Of a DNA stretch of 34,677 bases, positions 12,569 to 21,279 are shown piece by piece. The first letter of the stretch is position 1, and each line of letters begins with the position of its first letter. Location of the stretch: contig NZLV01000167.1 of assembly GCA_002694345.1 (NCBI GenBank), forward strand, positions 1-34,677. Direction: 5' to 3'. Both the position numbers and the translations under genes were made by a program. The DNA comes from Maricaulis sp. (lineage in GTDB: Bacteria > Pseudomonadota > Alphaproteobacteria > Caulobacterales > Maricaulaceae). Under the pieces are notes generated by a model. The model searched no databases. It was not told where the DNA came from and worked only from the letters and a program-made list of their open reading frames with translations.

Positions 12569-13513
12569 TCAGGCCCGTTTGGGCCTGAGCACGGCCACCG
12601 CAAAAAGCTGGCCGGTGTCGGTGAGGAAGTCTGCGATTTCCCAGCCGCCCCGGTCGGCGATCGCCGCAAAGGCTTCGCGCGTGTATTTGCGACTGTTCTC
12701 CGTATGGATGCTCTCGCCCTCGGCAAAGCGGATCGGCTGACCGGCCACGGTCACGGTCTGACTACGCTGACTGACCAGATGCATTTCGATCCGGCTGAGC
12801 TCCGCATTCCAGCGGGCTTCGTGGCGGAAGGCTGACAGGTCGAAATCAGCCCCGATCTCCCGGTTCATCCGACGCAGGAGGTTGAGGTTGAAGTCTGCCG
12901 TCACGCCGGCGGCATCATCATAGGCCGCGACCAGCGTGGTCGTGTCCTTCACGAGATCCAGTCCCAGGATCAGGGCCTCGATGCTTGGCCAGTGGCGCAG
13001 GCGGTCCAGCATGGCCGCGGCGGTGTCGTGCGGCAGATTGCCAATGGTCGACCCTGGAAAGAAGGCCGTTTTCGGCTCCGCATCCAACGCGGCGGGCAGG
13101 GTGATGTCCTGGGTGAAATCCCCGACGACCGGACGGATCGGGGTTTCCGGATAGGCGTCGCGCAGACCTTCTGCCGTCTCTTCAAGAAAGTCCGCGGAGA
13201 TATCGACCGGAACATAGGCCTTCAGTTTGTCGGCCGCGTCCAGCAGGATGCGGGTCTTCACGCTGGCGCCACTGCCCAGCTCGACCAGGACGGTTCCCGG
13301 TTCCAGCACATCGGTCAGGGCCGAGATCTGTTCCTTGAGAATCCGGGTTTCGGTCCGGGTCGGGTAATACTCCGGCAATTGCGTGATCTGCTCGAAGATC
13401 GCGCTGCCCTGCGCATCATACAGCCATTTGCTGTCCAGCCATTTCGGGCTGGATTGCAGGCCCTCGAGGGCGGATGCGGCAAAGTCGGTATCGTGGATCA
13501 CGGCACTGTCCAT
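12569..13513 (-). CDS. egtD: L-histidine N-alpha-trimethyltransferase
   Basis: KWLYDAQGSAIFEQITQLPEYYPTRTE, VELGSG, FPGSTIGN, AYDDAAGVTADFNLN and IHTENSRKY; 1 bp downstream of egtB. Confidence 0.95.
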   Translation of the reverse strand: MDSAVIHDTDFAASALEGLQSSPKWLDSKWLYDAQGSAIFEQITQLPEYYPTRTETRILKEQISALTDVLEPGTVLVELGSGASVKTRILLDAADKLKAYVPVDISADFLEETAEGLRDAYPETPIRPVVGDFTQDITLPAALDAEPKTAFFPGSTIGNLPHDTAAAMLDRLRHWPSIEALILGLDLVKDTTTLVAAYDDAAGVTADFNLNLLRRMNREIGADFDLSAFRHEARWNAELSRIEMHLVSQRSQTVTVAGQPIRFAEGESIHTENSRKYTREAFAAIADRGGWEIADFLTDTGQLFAVAVLRPKRA

Positions 13514-13514
13514 G

Positions 13515-14759
13515 TCAGGCGTCCTTGGCCAGGCGCAGCCCCAGCATTTGCCAGCGCTGAGGTGGGTAGAAAAAGGTTCGGTAGCTGGGGCGCATCTGCG
13601 CTTGCGGTGTAGCGCAGGAGCCGCCGCGAAGAACCATCTGGTTGATCATAAATTTGCCGTTGTACTCGCCAATGGCGCCGGCGCTGGGCCGGAAACCGGG
13701 GTAGGGTGAGAAGGCCGATTGCGTCCATTCCCAGACATCGCCCCAGACACCGGTACCCGGCAGGGGGCGGAACTGGTTGCGGTCTGCGAAATTTCCGTCG
13801 ACCGGCGTGTCGCGAAAGGCGATCTCGTGCTCGGCTTCGGTGGGCAGGCGCGCGCCGGCCCAACGGGCAAAGGCTTCGGCTTCGTAATAACTGACATGGA
13901 CGACCGGGGCGTCCAACGCCACCGGTTGCGGTCCGCGCAGTGTGTAGGACCAGTATTCGTCGTCCTGCCGCCACCAGTAGAGCGGGCTGTCCCAGCCTTC
14001 CTGTTCGCGAGCGGCCCATCCGTCCATCAGCCAGAGTTCCGGAGTGGCGTAGCCGCCATCGGCCATGAACTCCATCCATTCACGATTGGTGACGGCCCGA
14101 TTGGCCATCCGGAAGCCCGGCTGGAACACCCGGTGGCGGGGCGTTTCGCAATCGAAGGCAAACCCGTCGCCATCATGGCCGACGGGGGTGAGTTGCTCGT
14201 CATGCCGAATGAAGGCCAGATCGGGCGCACTTGTCACTGGCAGGGGTTCCGGCTCCTTGTAGGCGGGCAGGAGCGGATTGAACGACAGGCCGTGCAGGAG
14301 GTCGGTGACCAGGAGTTCCTGGTGCTGCATCTCGTGATGGCAGCCCAGCTCCACCAGATCCGCGATTTCCGGTGATCCCGATGCGAGGCAGTCCAGCAGG
14401 GCGTCTTCGACATGCCGGCGATAATCCAGCACGGCTTGCAGGCCGGGGCGGGAGATCAGTCCGCGCCGGTCGCGGGCGTGACGCGGGCCAGCCTGAACAT
14501 AGTAGGAATTGAACAGGATGGCGAAGCGTTCATCCGGCGAGACATAGCCGGGCTGGTACGGCCGCAGAATGAATTCCTCGAAGAACCAGGTCGTATGGGC
14601 CAGATGCCATTTCGCGGGACTGGCATCCTCCATGGACTGCAGCATCATGTCGTCCGCGCTCAGCGGATCGACAAGCGCCAGGGTTCTTGAACGCACGCTC
14701 TGGAAAAGCGGAACAACATCCTGCGGGGCCGGGCTGTTGGGGCTGGCGGCCAGGCTCAT
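13515..14759 (-). CDS. egtB: Ergothioneine sulfoxide synthase (DinB-like plus FGE-sulfatase domains), type II-like
   Basis: QSMEDASPAKWHLAHTTWFFE, FNSYY, iron motif HHEMQHQEL, RLPTEAE, GDVWEWT, GEYNGKFM and LRGGS; GAGGA RBS. Confidence 0.95.
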   Translation of the reverse strand: MSLAASPNSPAPQDVVPLFQSVRSRTLALVDPLSADDMMLQSMEDASPAKWHLAHTTWFFEEFILRPYQPGYVSPDERFAILFNSYYVQAGPRHARDRRGLISRPGLQAVLDYRRHVEDALLDCLASGSPEIADLVELGCHHEMQHQELLVTDLLHGLSFNPLLPAYKEPEPLPVTSAPDLAFIRHDEQLTPVGHDGDGFAFDCETPRHRVFQPGFRMANRAVTNREWMEFMADGGYATPELWLMDGWAAREQEGWDSPLYWWRQDDEYWSYTLRGPQPVALDAPVVHVSYYEAEAFARWAGARLPTEAEHEIAFRDTPVDGNFADRNQFRPLPGTGVWGDVWEWTQSAFSPYPGFRPSAGAIGEYNGKFMINQMVLRGGSCATPQAQMRPSYRTFFYPPQRWQMLGLRLAKDA

Positions 14760-14937
14760 GGATCATCCTCGGGGTCGCTGCCATGAGAGGGTGGGCTCCC
14801 ATTCCAACGCGAAACGTGGCCGGAGGAAACCTTTCTCTCGAAAAAAGAGACATGTGTCTGCCTACATGGGTTGCCAGAGGGTGGGCGTCGACCTGAGATG
14901 CTCGTGTCCGGTTTCAATTTCCTGTGAGGAGGGCGCG

Positions 14938-15879
14938 ATGTCCCGTTCCGTGTTTTCCGGCTGCATGCCGGCTCTGATGACGCCCTGCCATGCGGATGGC
15001 GTGCCGGACTTCGACCAGCTTGTCGCGACCGGGCAGGACCTGATGGCAGCGGGCATGGATGCTGTTGTCTATTGCGGGTCCATGGGGGACTGGCCGCTTC
15101 TCACCGATGTCCAGCGCTGCGAGGGTGTTGCCCGCCTGTGTGATGCGGGCATTCCGGTCGTGGTGGGCACCGGGGCCCAGAACACGCAGCGCGCCGTCGA
15201 CATCGTAAAACACGCGGAAAAATCCGGGGCGGCAGGTCTGATGGTGATCCCGCGTGTCCTGTCCCGCGGGATCTCGCCACAAGCCCAGCGGGCCCATTTC
15301 GCGGCCGTGCTCGGGGCCGCACCGGACCTGCCGGCCGTGATCTATAATTCGCCCTATTACGGCTTCGAGACCCGGGCGGACCTGTTCTTTGACCTGCGCA
15401 AGGACCACCCCAATCTGATCGGGTTCAAGGAGTTCGGCGGGGCCAACTCTCTCACCTATGCCGCCGAACACATCACCAGCGGCGATGATGCTCTCACCCT
15501 GATGGTCGGTGTCGATACCCAGGTCTTTCATGGCTATGTGAATTGCGGAGCGACCGGCGCCATCACCGGTGTTGGCAACGCCCTGCCGCGCGAAGTGCTG
15601 CGTCTGGTCGAGCTGTCGAAGCGTGCCGCGGCCGGAGATGCCCAGGCGCGCCGCCTGGCGCTGGAACTCAGCGAAGCGATGATGGTGCTGGCCCGGTTCG
15701 ACGAGGGGCCTGACCTGGTGCTCTACTACAAGCGCCTCATGGTTCTCGAGGGCCATGAAGCCTACACCCACCAGCTCTATTCCAGTGATGCCCTGACGCC
15801 GTCGCAAAAGGCTTTCGTCGATGCTAGCTGGAAACGATTTCGTGACTGGTGGGCCAGCTGGCCGGGTGCGCAGGGCTAG
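14938..15879 (+). CDS. lhpC: DapA-family protein, probable 1-pyrroline-4-hydroxy-2-carboxylate deaminase
   Basis: GCMPALMTP, YCGSMGDW, IYNSPYY and Schiff-base Lys in GFKEFGG. GAGGAGG RBS before ATG 14938, so the longer 14569 ORF start overlaps egtB and is unlikely. Adjacent to a 4-hydroxyproline epimerase. Confidence 0.75.
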   Translation: MSRSVFSGCMPALMTPCHADGVPDFDQLVATGQDLMAAGMDAVVYCGSMGDWPLLTDVQRCEGVARLCDAGIPVVVGTGAQNTQRAVDIVKHAEKSGAAGLMVIPRVLSRGISPQAQRAHFAAVLGAAPDLPAVIYNSPYYGFETRADLFFDLRKDHPNLIGFKEFGGANSLTYAAEHITSGDDALTLMVGVDTQVFHGYVNCGATGAITGVGNALPREVLRLVELSKRAAAGDAQARRLALELSEAMMVLARFDEGPDLVLYYKRLMVLEGHEAYTHQLYSSDALTPSQKAFVDASWKRFRDWWASWPGAQG

Positions 15880-15888
15880 GGTCGTGCC

Positions 15889-16830
15889 ATGCGGGTCATC
15901 GACAGCCATACCGGCGGCCAGCCGACACGGGTGATCATCGAGGGCGGCCCGGCTCTGGGACGGGGGTCTCTCGCCCGGCGCCGACAGGTCTTTGCCGAGC
16001 AGTTTGATGACTATCGCCGCCGCTGCGTGCTGGAGCCGAAATGCTCCGATGCCATGGTCGGGGCGCTTCTGTGCGAGCCGGAGAATCCGGACGCATCCGC
16101 GGGCGTGATCTTCTTCAACACGGCAGGTTATCTGGGCATGTGCGGTCACGGCACGATTGGTCTCGGAGCGACCCTCGCCTGGCTGGGCCTGTTGAAGCCG
16201 GGGGCTCATATCCTGGAGACTCCGGTCGGGCCGGTGGCGCTGGACCTGCTCGACGCCAATACGGTGCAATTCGAGAATATCGAGAGCGATTGCCTGGCAT
16301 TGGATGTCTGTGTCGACGTGCCCGGTCTCGGGCCGGTGACGGGCGATATTGCCTGGGGCGGAAACTGGTTCTTCCTTGTGGATGCGGAGCAGCTTGCGCA
16401 GGACGGTCTGGACCCGGCTGATATCGAGATTCTGACCCGTAAGAGCTGGGCGATCCGGCGGGCCTTGTCGGAACAGGGCCTCACCGGGCGTGGTGGTGCC
16501 GAGATTGATCATATCGAGGTGATGACAGCGCAGGCGGGCGCGGGGGCGGATAGCCGCAATTTCGTGCTGTGTCCGGGCGGGGCCTATGACCGTTCGCCCT
16601 GCGGTACCGGAACCAGCGCCAAGCTGGCCTGTCTGGCTGCGCGCGGAAAGCTGGAACCCGGCCAGGACTGGGTTCAGGAAAGCATTATCGGCAGCCGGTT
16701 TCAGGCCCGTTACCGGCCTGGCCGGGCCGGGATCATCCCCAGCATCACCGGTCAGGCCCATGTCTTTGCCGATACCCGCATTCTGGCTGATCCGGCGGAC
16801 CCGTTCGATTTGGGTATTGTCCCGTTTTAG
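15889..16830 (+). CDS. lhpA: 4-hydroxyproline 2-epimerase (proline racemase family)
   Basis: IDSHTGG, YLGMCGHGTIG and YDRSPCGTGTSAK, i.e. both catalytic Cys are present; WGGNWFFLV. Confidence 0.85.
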   Translation: MRVIDSHTGGQPTRVIIEGGPALGRGSLARRRQVFAEQFDDYRRRCVLEPKCSDAMVGALLCEPENPDASAGVIFFNTAGYLGMCGHGTIGLGATLAWLGLLKPGAHILETPVGPVALDLLDANTVQFENIESDCLALDVCVDVPGLGPVTGDIAWGGNWFFLVDAEQLAQDGLDPADIEILTRKSWAIRRALSEQGLTGRGGAEIDHIEVMTAQAGAGADSRNFVLCPGGAYDRSPCGTGTSAKLACLAARGKLEPGQDWVQESIIGSRFQARYRPGRAGIIPSITGQAHVFADTRILADPADPFDLGIVPF

Positions 16831-16981
16831 CCATACCCGATATCGCAATTCACTCGAAATATGTTCTGTGGCTTGAGTTTGCAGCGAACCGGAATTGCGG
16901 ATGGGCGCGCAAGGGGGCTTGCCAAGCCGAACCCGTGAAGCGCATCATTCCCGGCAAGAAAACAAGCCGGGGGGACAGGAT

Positions 16982-17869
16982 ATGCCGCAGGCCAGCGCCA
17001 ACGGGATCACGATCGAGTACGACATTCACGGACCGGAAGACGGTGCGCCGCTCGTCCTGATCACGGGCCTGGGCTCACAGATGACGCGCTGGCCGCTCAG
17101 CTTCCTTGATGCGCTGGCCCAGCGCGGGTTTCGTGTCGTCTATTTTGACAATCGGGACATGGGTCTCACCACGCATTTTGCCGAGGTCGGGATTCCCGAT
17201 TTCAAGGCTGTGGTGACGGCCAAGGCGGCGGGCAAGGCGCCGGATGTGCCCTATCATCTCGATGACATGGCCGCTGACGTTGTCGGTCTGATGGATGCGC
17301 TGGGGCTCGAAAAGGCGCATGTCGCCGGGGCGTCCATGGGCGGCATGATCGGCCAGCTTGTGGCGGCCGATCATGGCCATCGGGCCCTCTCCCTGACCTC
17401 CATCATGTCCACGACCGGCAATCCGGACCTGCCCCGGTCCACGCCGGAGGCGCAGGCCATGCTGGCAACCCCGTCGCCGGATCCTCACACGGATCGCGAA
17501 GCCTTTCTGGAAAGGGCGGTACAGTCCAGCCGTGTGATCGGCTCGCCGGCCTATCCGATCGAGGCTGAGACCCTGAAGGCCCGCGCTGCCGCTGATGCGG
17601 ACCGGTGCCATAACCCGGCAGGCTTTGCACGCCAATACGCCGCCATTCTCGCGGCGCCGGACCGCCGGGCAAAACTGGCAGGGGTTACCTGTCCGGTCAT
17701 GGTGGTGCATGGCTCGGCTGATCCGCTGGTCACCGTCGAAGGCGGTCAGGACACTGCGGCAGCCATTCCCGGTGCCATGCTGGAAATCATCGAGGGCATG
17801 GGCCATGACCTGCCGCCGCAAGTGCATGAGCGGGTCGCTGCCGCGATTGCCAGGGCTGCGGGCCTCTAG
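16982..17869 (+). CDS. Alpha/beta-fold hydrolase (esterase-like)
   Basis: FDNRDMGL, nucleophile motif GASMGG, HGSADPLV (Asp) and GMGHD (His); AGGA RBS just before ATG 16982. Confidence 0.88.
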   Translation: MPQASANGITIEYDIHGPEDGAPLVLITGLGSQMTRWPLSFLDALAQRGFRVVYFDNRDMGLTTHFAEVGIPDFKAVVTAKAAGKAPDVPYHLDDMAADVVGLMDALGLEKAHVAGASMGGMIGQLVAADHGHRALSLTSIMSTTGNPDLPRSTPEAQAMLATPSPDPHTDREAFLERAVQSSRVIGSPAYPIEAETLKARAAADADRCHNPAGFARQYAAILAAPDRRAKLAGVTCPVMVVHGSADPLVTVEGGQDTAAAIPGAMLEIIEGMGHDLPPQVHERVAAAIARAAGL

Positions 17870-18798
17870 CCGTCCGGCATCGCTTTGGCCGGCATGATCG
17901 CGCCGTGATGGCCGACGACAGTGCGGGCCAGTTCCCCACCCCGGCGTGCGGCCTCATCAAGGCTGGCTCCGTTGATCAGCGCGGCCAGGGCACCGGCATT
18001 GAAACTGTCACCCGCCCCGGTCGTGTCGACCACGCTGTCCGCCGGCGTCACCGGGAAGCTGTGTCGCGCCTCCCCGTTTGAAATCCAGCCGCCCTTGGCG
18101 CCCTGTTTGGCGATGACATGCGGTGTTCCGGCCTCGTGCCAGCGGGCGATGTGCGCCTCCGGTTCCGCTGCGCCGAACAACAAATCCTCATCATCCAGAG
18201 AGGGCAGAACCAGATCGATCTGCCGGGCCAGGGCCGTGAAGAGTTGACGGGCTTCATCCCGGTCAGGCCAGCCGCGTGGGCGGAAATTCGGATCGAACAC
18301 GATTTGTCCGCCCCTGGCCCGAACCGCGCCGATCAGGTCCAGCAGGCGCCCGCGCCCGGCGGCGTCCAGGATGGACAGGCTGATGCCGGAGAAATAGAGC
18401 CAGTCGGTATCGCTCGCTGCCGTGATGGCGGCATCGGTTTCCGGCAGGGCGAACATGTCCCGCGCCGCGGACTCGCCGCGCCAGTACTGGAAGCTGCGCT
18501 CGCCTTGGCTATCGGTCTCGATGGCATAAAGGCCGGGAATGCGCTCGGGATGGCGCAGGACGAGGTCTGTTTTCACACCCTCCGCTTGCCAGGCCGCAAG
18601 CATGGCGTCGGAATAGGGATCCCGGCCCAGGGCGGTGAAATAGGATGGGGCATGGCCCAGCCGGCTCAGATAGACCGCCGTGTTCAGCGTGTCGCCACCC
18701 TGGCGCAAGGTGAAGCTGGACCCCAGGGCCGAGGCGCCCGACTGGCCGGACAATTCCAGCATGGCTTCGCCGAGGATGACGATACGGGGTCCGGACAT
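17866..18798 (-). CDS. kdgK: PfkB-family sugar kinase, probable 2-dehydro-3-deoxygluconokinase
   Basis: GEAMLEL, GGDTLNTAVYLSRLG, PGLYAIETD..GERSFQYWR, FDPNFRP and DTTGAGDSFNAG. Confidence 0.88.
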   Translation of the reverse strand: MSGPRIVILGEAMLELSGQSGASALGSSFTLRQGGDTLNTAVYLSRLGHAPSYFTALGRDPYSDAMLAAWQAEGVKTDLVLRHPERIPGLYAIETDSQGERSFQYWRGESAARDMFALPETDAAITAASDTDWLYFSGISLSILDAAGRGRLLDLIGAVRARGGQIVFDPNFRPRGWPDRDEARQLFTALARQIDLVLPSLDDEDLLFGAAEPEAHIARWHEAGTPHVIAKQGAKGGWISNGEARHSFPVTPADSVVDTTGAGDSFNAGALAALINGASLDEAARRGGELARTVVGHHGAIMPAKAMPDG

Positions 18799-18964
18799 GG
18801 GTGAGGGCTCCAGGTTTCAGGTCGGCGCGGACTTTAGGCGGGTTTCGCGGTCCGGGTGAAGCCGGCTGTCAGCGGATGCAGGTGGAGACTTCCCTCTCAC
18901 GCCGGCCATGTCATCCTGCCGTGCTCCAGGCCCGCTCGGCGGGCTCAGCATGGTGATGGCCCTG

Positions 18965-20440
18965 ATGACACCTCCTCGCCTGTCTGCCGACAACCTCGAC
19001 ACCCTGAATGCCGCTATCGGCCGACCGGCCTATCAGCGGAGCAAGGAGGCCGGGATCGTGCATCTTGGCGTCGGGGCTTTCCACCGGGCCCACCAGGCGG
19101 TCTATTTCGACCGGCTGATGGCTGAGGGAGAGGCGGGCTGGCAGATCCGTGGCGCGTCCCTGCGTTCCGCGCGCGTGGCCGAACAACTCAATCCGCAGTC
19201 GGGTCTCTATACCGTGGTGGAGCGGGATGGCCCGTCCACCCGTTTGCAGGTCATCGGATCCCTGCTCGATGTTCTGGTCGCCCCGGACGACCCGCAGGCC
19301 CTGATTGACGCGCTGGCCGCGCCTTCCGTCGCCCTGGTCACGCTGACCATTACGGAAAAGGGCTATCATCTCGATCCGGATACCGGCGAATTGCGGCTCG
19401 ACGATCCGGCCATTGCCGCGGATCTCGAACATCCGGCGCGTCCCGCAACGGCACCGGGCTTTCTGGTCGCGGGACTGGCAGCGCGCCGGGCGGCCGGTCT
19501 GCCGCCCTTCACCATCCTGTCTTGTGACAATCTGCCGGACAATGGTCCGCGCACCCGTGCGGCGGTTCTCGGCTTTGCCCGGCAGACCGATCCAGATCTC
19601 GCCGACTGGATCGCAGCCGGCGTTTCCTTCCCGGCCTCCATGGTCGATCGGATCGTTCCGGCTACAACGCCGGAGGATATCGAGGCGCTGGAAGAGATGG
19701 GCGGCTATCGCGACGCGGCCATGGTCAAGACCGAGCCCTTCACGCAATGGGTGGTCGAGGATCAGTTCTGCCACCGCCGCCCGCCGCTGGAGCGGGTCGG
19801 GGTCCAGATGACAAATGATGTCGCGGCTTGGGAGCGCGCCAAGCTGCGCCTGCTCAACGGCTCCCATTCGGCCCTGGCCTATCTGGGAGCGCTGGGCGGC
19901 TATACCTATGTCCATGAAGCCATCGCAGATCCGGTCTATGCACACTTCGTCGAACAGCTCTGGGATGAGGTCGAACCGGTGATCGACGCGCCGGAGGGGT
20001 TTGACGCCAAGGCTTACCGGTCTGCCCTGCTGGCCCGCTATGCCAATTCGGCGCTCAACCATTCCCTCGTCCAGATCGCCATGGACGGGTCGCAGAAACT
20101 GCCGCAGCGCCTGCTCGCCAGCTTGCGGGCCCAGCGGGAGGCGAACCGCCCCATCGCGGCCACTTGTCTGGCCATCGCGGCCTGGATGCGTTGGCAGTTT
20201 GCGGTCGACGAAAACGGTGAGGCTTTTGAGGTCGATGACCCCATGGCGCTGGTTACAGCCGAGGCGCTGGCGTCGGCAGGACCGGCCGCCGCAGACAAGG
20301 TGGACGCCCTTCTGTCCATCGAGGGAATATTCGGGCGGGACCTGAAGGCGGACCCGGTCGTGGTGGCAGCCCTGGTCGAGGCCCTGTCCGGCCTGATGTC
20401 CCAGGGTGCACGCGCCAGCTTGCAGGCCCGCTCGGTCTGA
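18965..20440 (+). CDS. uxuB: Mannitol dehydrogenase family, probable D-mannonate oxidoreductase (fructuronate reductase)
   Basis: IVHLGVGAFHRAHQA, LTITEKGY, LSCDNLPDNG, FPASMVDRIVP, KLRLLNGSHS and QIAMDGSQKLPQR. Start is uncertain (18950, 18956 or 18965). Confidence 0.8.
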   Translation: MTPPRLSADNLDTLNAAIGRPAYQRSKEAGIVHLGVGAFHRAHQAVYFDRLMAEGEAGWQIRGASLRSARVAEQLNPQSGLYTVVERDGPSTRLQVIGSLLDVLVAPDDPQALIDALAAPSVALVTLTITEKGYHLDPDTGELRLDDPAIAADLEHPARPATAPGFLVAGLAARRAAGLPPFTILSCDNLPDNGPRTRAAVLGFARQTDPDLADWIAAGVSFPASMVDRIVPATTPEDIEALEEMGGYRDAAMVKTEPFTQWVVEDQFCHRRPPLERVGVQMTNDVAAWERAKLRLLNGSHSALAYLGALGGYTYVHEAIADPVYAHFVEQLWDEVEPVIDAPEGFDAKAYRSALLARYANSALNHSLVQIAMDGSQKLPQRLLASLRAQREANRPIAATCLAIAAWMRWQFAVDENGEAFEVDDPMALVTAEALASAGPAAADKVDALLSIEGIFGRDLKADPVVVAALVEALSGLMSQGARASLQARSV

Positions 20441-21112
20441 TCAGTCTGCCGTGTTCCGGACCAGGGCCGTCACGGCGTCGCGGGCGGCGTCTGGCCCTCC
20501 TGCGGCGATGGCATCGAAAAGGGGCCAGTAGTCCGGCTGCGCATCCGTATGATCCGACAGGCCGGCGAGGGCGGCCAGGCTCTCAAGCACGGGATTGCCG
20601 GTGGCTGCCAGCAGGGCCGCGCGAAATGTCCGGGTGGCGGCCAGTCGCGCCTCCCGATCCTCGCCGGCCCGCTCCATCGCGATCAGCGCTTCGCGCATGG
20701 CGGTCAGGTCGGCGGGTTTCCGGTGCGTGGCCGCCAGGGCAGCGGCGGCCGGTTCGAACAGGCCGCGCACATCCTGCAGCGCGCGCATCAGCTCTGCCGG
20801 TGCCGGTCCGGACACGCACCAGTCCAGCACGTCCGGATCCAGCAGGGTCCAGAGCCGGTAATCCCGGACCCGTGTTCCGGCCCGCGGGCGGGCCTCGATC
20901 AGACCCTTGGCCGACAGGGTATGGAGCGCCTCCCGCAGTGCGCTGCGAGACACGCCGAGCTGTTGCGACAGATCGATCTCATTGGGCAGGGCGTCACCGG
21001 GACGATAAGTGCCCGATGTGATGGCCATGCCCAATTGCCGGGCCAGGCCGCCCTTGAGACGCGGCGCAGCGTTTGCGGTGTCAGGGGCGTGCGGAGCAGG
21101 CATGCGGGCCAT
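20441..21112 (-). CDS. GntR-family, FadR-subfamily (DgoR-like) regulator with degenerate FCD domain
   Basis: wHTH 'GTYRPGDALPNEIDL..LGVSRSALREAL..L.AKGLIEARPRAGTRV', 'W.LLDPDVLDW' and 'R.LFEP.AAALAA'. Confidence 0.85.
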   Translation of the reverse strand: MARMPAPHAPDTANAAPRLKGGLARQLGMAITSGTYRPGDALPNEIDLSQQLGVSRSALREALHTLSAKGLIEARPRAGTRVRDYRLWTLLDPDVLDWCVSGPAPAELMRALQDVRGLFEPAAAALAATHRKPADLTAMREALIAMERAGEDREARLAATRTFRAALLAATGNPVLESLAALAGLSDHTDAQPDYWPLFDAIAAGGPDAARDAVTALVRNTAD

Positions 21113-21228
21113 TAGGGTTCCGGATGGCCGGTCCGGTCCGGCTCATGAATACCGGGTCTAGCCGACCCGGGCCGAGCCTGTCCACTTCACCGGTTCGGTC
21201 CGCTGGGGCCCGGGGTGGATTTCCAGTT

Positions 21229-21246
21229 GATGTTAGGGGTAACATC
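21229..21246. promoter_or_regulatory. Palindromic LacI-family operator candidate upstream of glk-eda
   Basis: GATGTTA-GGGG-TAACATC has perfect 7-bp arms and matches the ATGTTA-N4-TAACAT pattern of gluconate-repressor-type sites; it lies 33 bp before the glk ATG. Confidence 0.65.
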
Positions 21247-21279
21247 TTCGGGCCGGGTTGACCGGAGAATTGGGGAAAC

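Noticed and set aside
13515-14759. Selenoneine (senA) or ovothiol (ovoA) assignment
   Set aside because: There is no senB or selenophosphate synthetase gene nearby and no fused C-terminal methyltransferase; the egtB-egtD pairing fits ergothioneine.
14569-14937. N-terminal extension of the DapA-family ORF
   Set aside because: It overlaps egtB on the opposite strand; the strong RBS and family similarity begin at ATG 14938.
14914-16848. 644-aa minus-strand ORF
   Set aside because: It is an antisense shadow of two well-supported plus-strand genes, has no recognisable motifs, and such ORFs are expected in high-GC DNA.
21127-21170. CCGGT repeats and a 7-bp hairpin upstream of the FadR gene
   Set aside because: They are short, GC-only and lack a U-tract, so are likely chance.
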